Source of the DNA: a virus
Taxonomy: Duplodnaviria; Caudoviricetes
Length of the DNA: 54,909 bases
Virus record (IMG/VR): IMGVR_UViG_3300021425_000049
Span: 1 to 54,909 of that record
Strand: one strand, 5' to 3'
Each line of letters begins with the position of its first letter. The stretch's first letter is position 1. Of this stretch, positions 54,752-54,909 are shown piece by piece. Below the pieces are notes generated by a model that was not told the origin of the DNA, ran no database searches, and saw only the letters and a list, made by a program, of their open reading frames with translations. A program made the position numbers and the translations under genes.

Positions 54752-54909
54752 ATGGCATCATTAGCAGAAATTCGAGCAAAGCTCAAAGAACAAGAAAATC
54801 GTTCAAGCGGTGGCAACACAGGCGGTGGCGATAACGCAATTTACCCATTTTGGAATATGAAAGAAGGCGAGCAAGCAACGCTACGCTTTTTGCCTGACGG
54901 CGATGATTC
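54752..54909 (+). CDS. gp32: Single-stranded DNA-binding protein, truncated by the window end
   Basis: AAGGAGG SD; MASLAEIRAKL..DNAIYPFW..ATLRFLPDGD. Confidence 0.8.
   Translation, partial: MASLAEIRAKLKEQENRSSGGNTGGGDNAIYPFWNMKEGEQATLRFLPDGDD

Noticed and set aside
1-54909. tRNA, rRNA, CRISPR arrays, introns or inteins in terminase/capsid genes, stop-codon recoding
   Set aside because: None seen; core genes are uninterrupted and of expected size in the standard code.

Overview
A 54.9 kb virion-morphogenesis region of a large T4-related (myovirus-type) phage, read in the standard genetic code. It carries the head module (portal, acidic core, prohead protease, scaffold, major capsid), tape measure and a gp26/gp51-like chaperone pair, neck genes, tail sheath and tube, head-completion nuclease, terminase and the start of a gp32-like SSB gene. 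T4-type late promoters (consensus close to GATAAATA) and a few sigma70 promoters are visible. The most striking signal is in two giant paralogous fibre-like proteins (2224 and 3253 aa). Together they hold 13 tandem ~140-165 aa repeats that align by eye to the phycobiliprotein globin domain, and 11 keep the bilin-attachment C-x-R-D motif, which suggests a possible pigment-bearing virion appendage. Other highlights are two highly structured non-coding RNA candidates (1-270; 12597-12847, with its own promoter and terminator next to a cold-shock-like gene), a probable -1 frameshift in the chaperone pair, several apparently leaderless late mRNAs, a glycosyltransferase-repeat protein, and a probable internal head protein with LysM and metallothionein-like inserts. 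All family assignments come from recognising motifs by eye; no searches were run.
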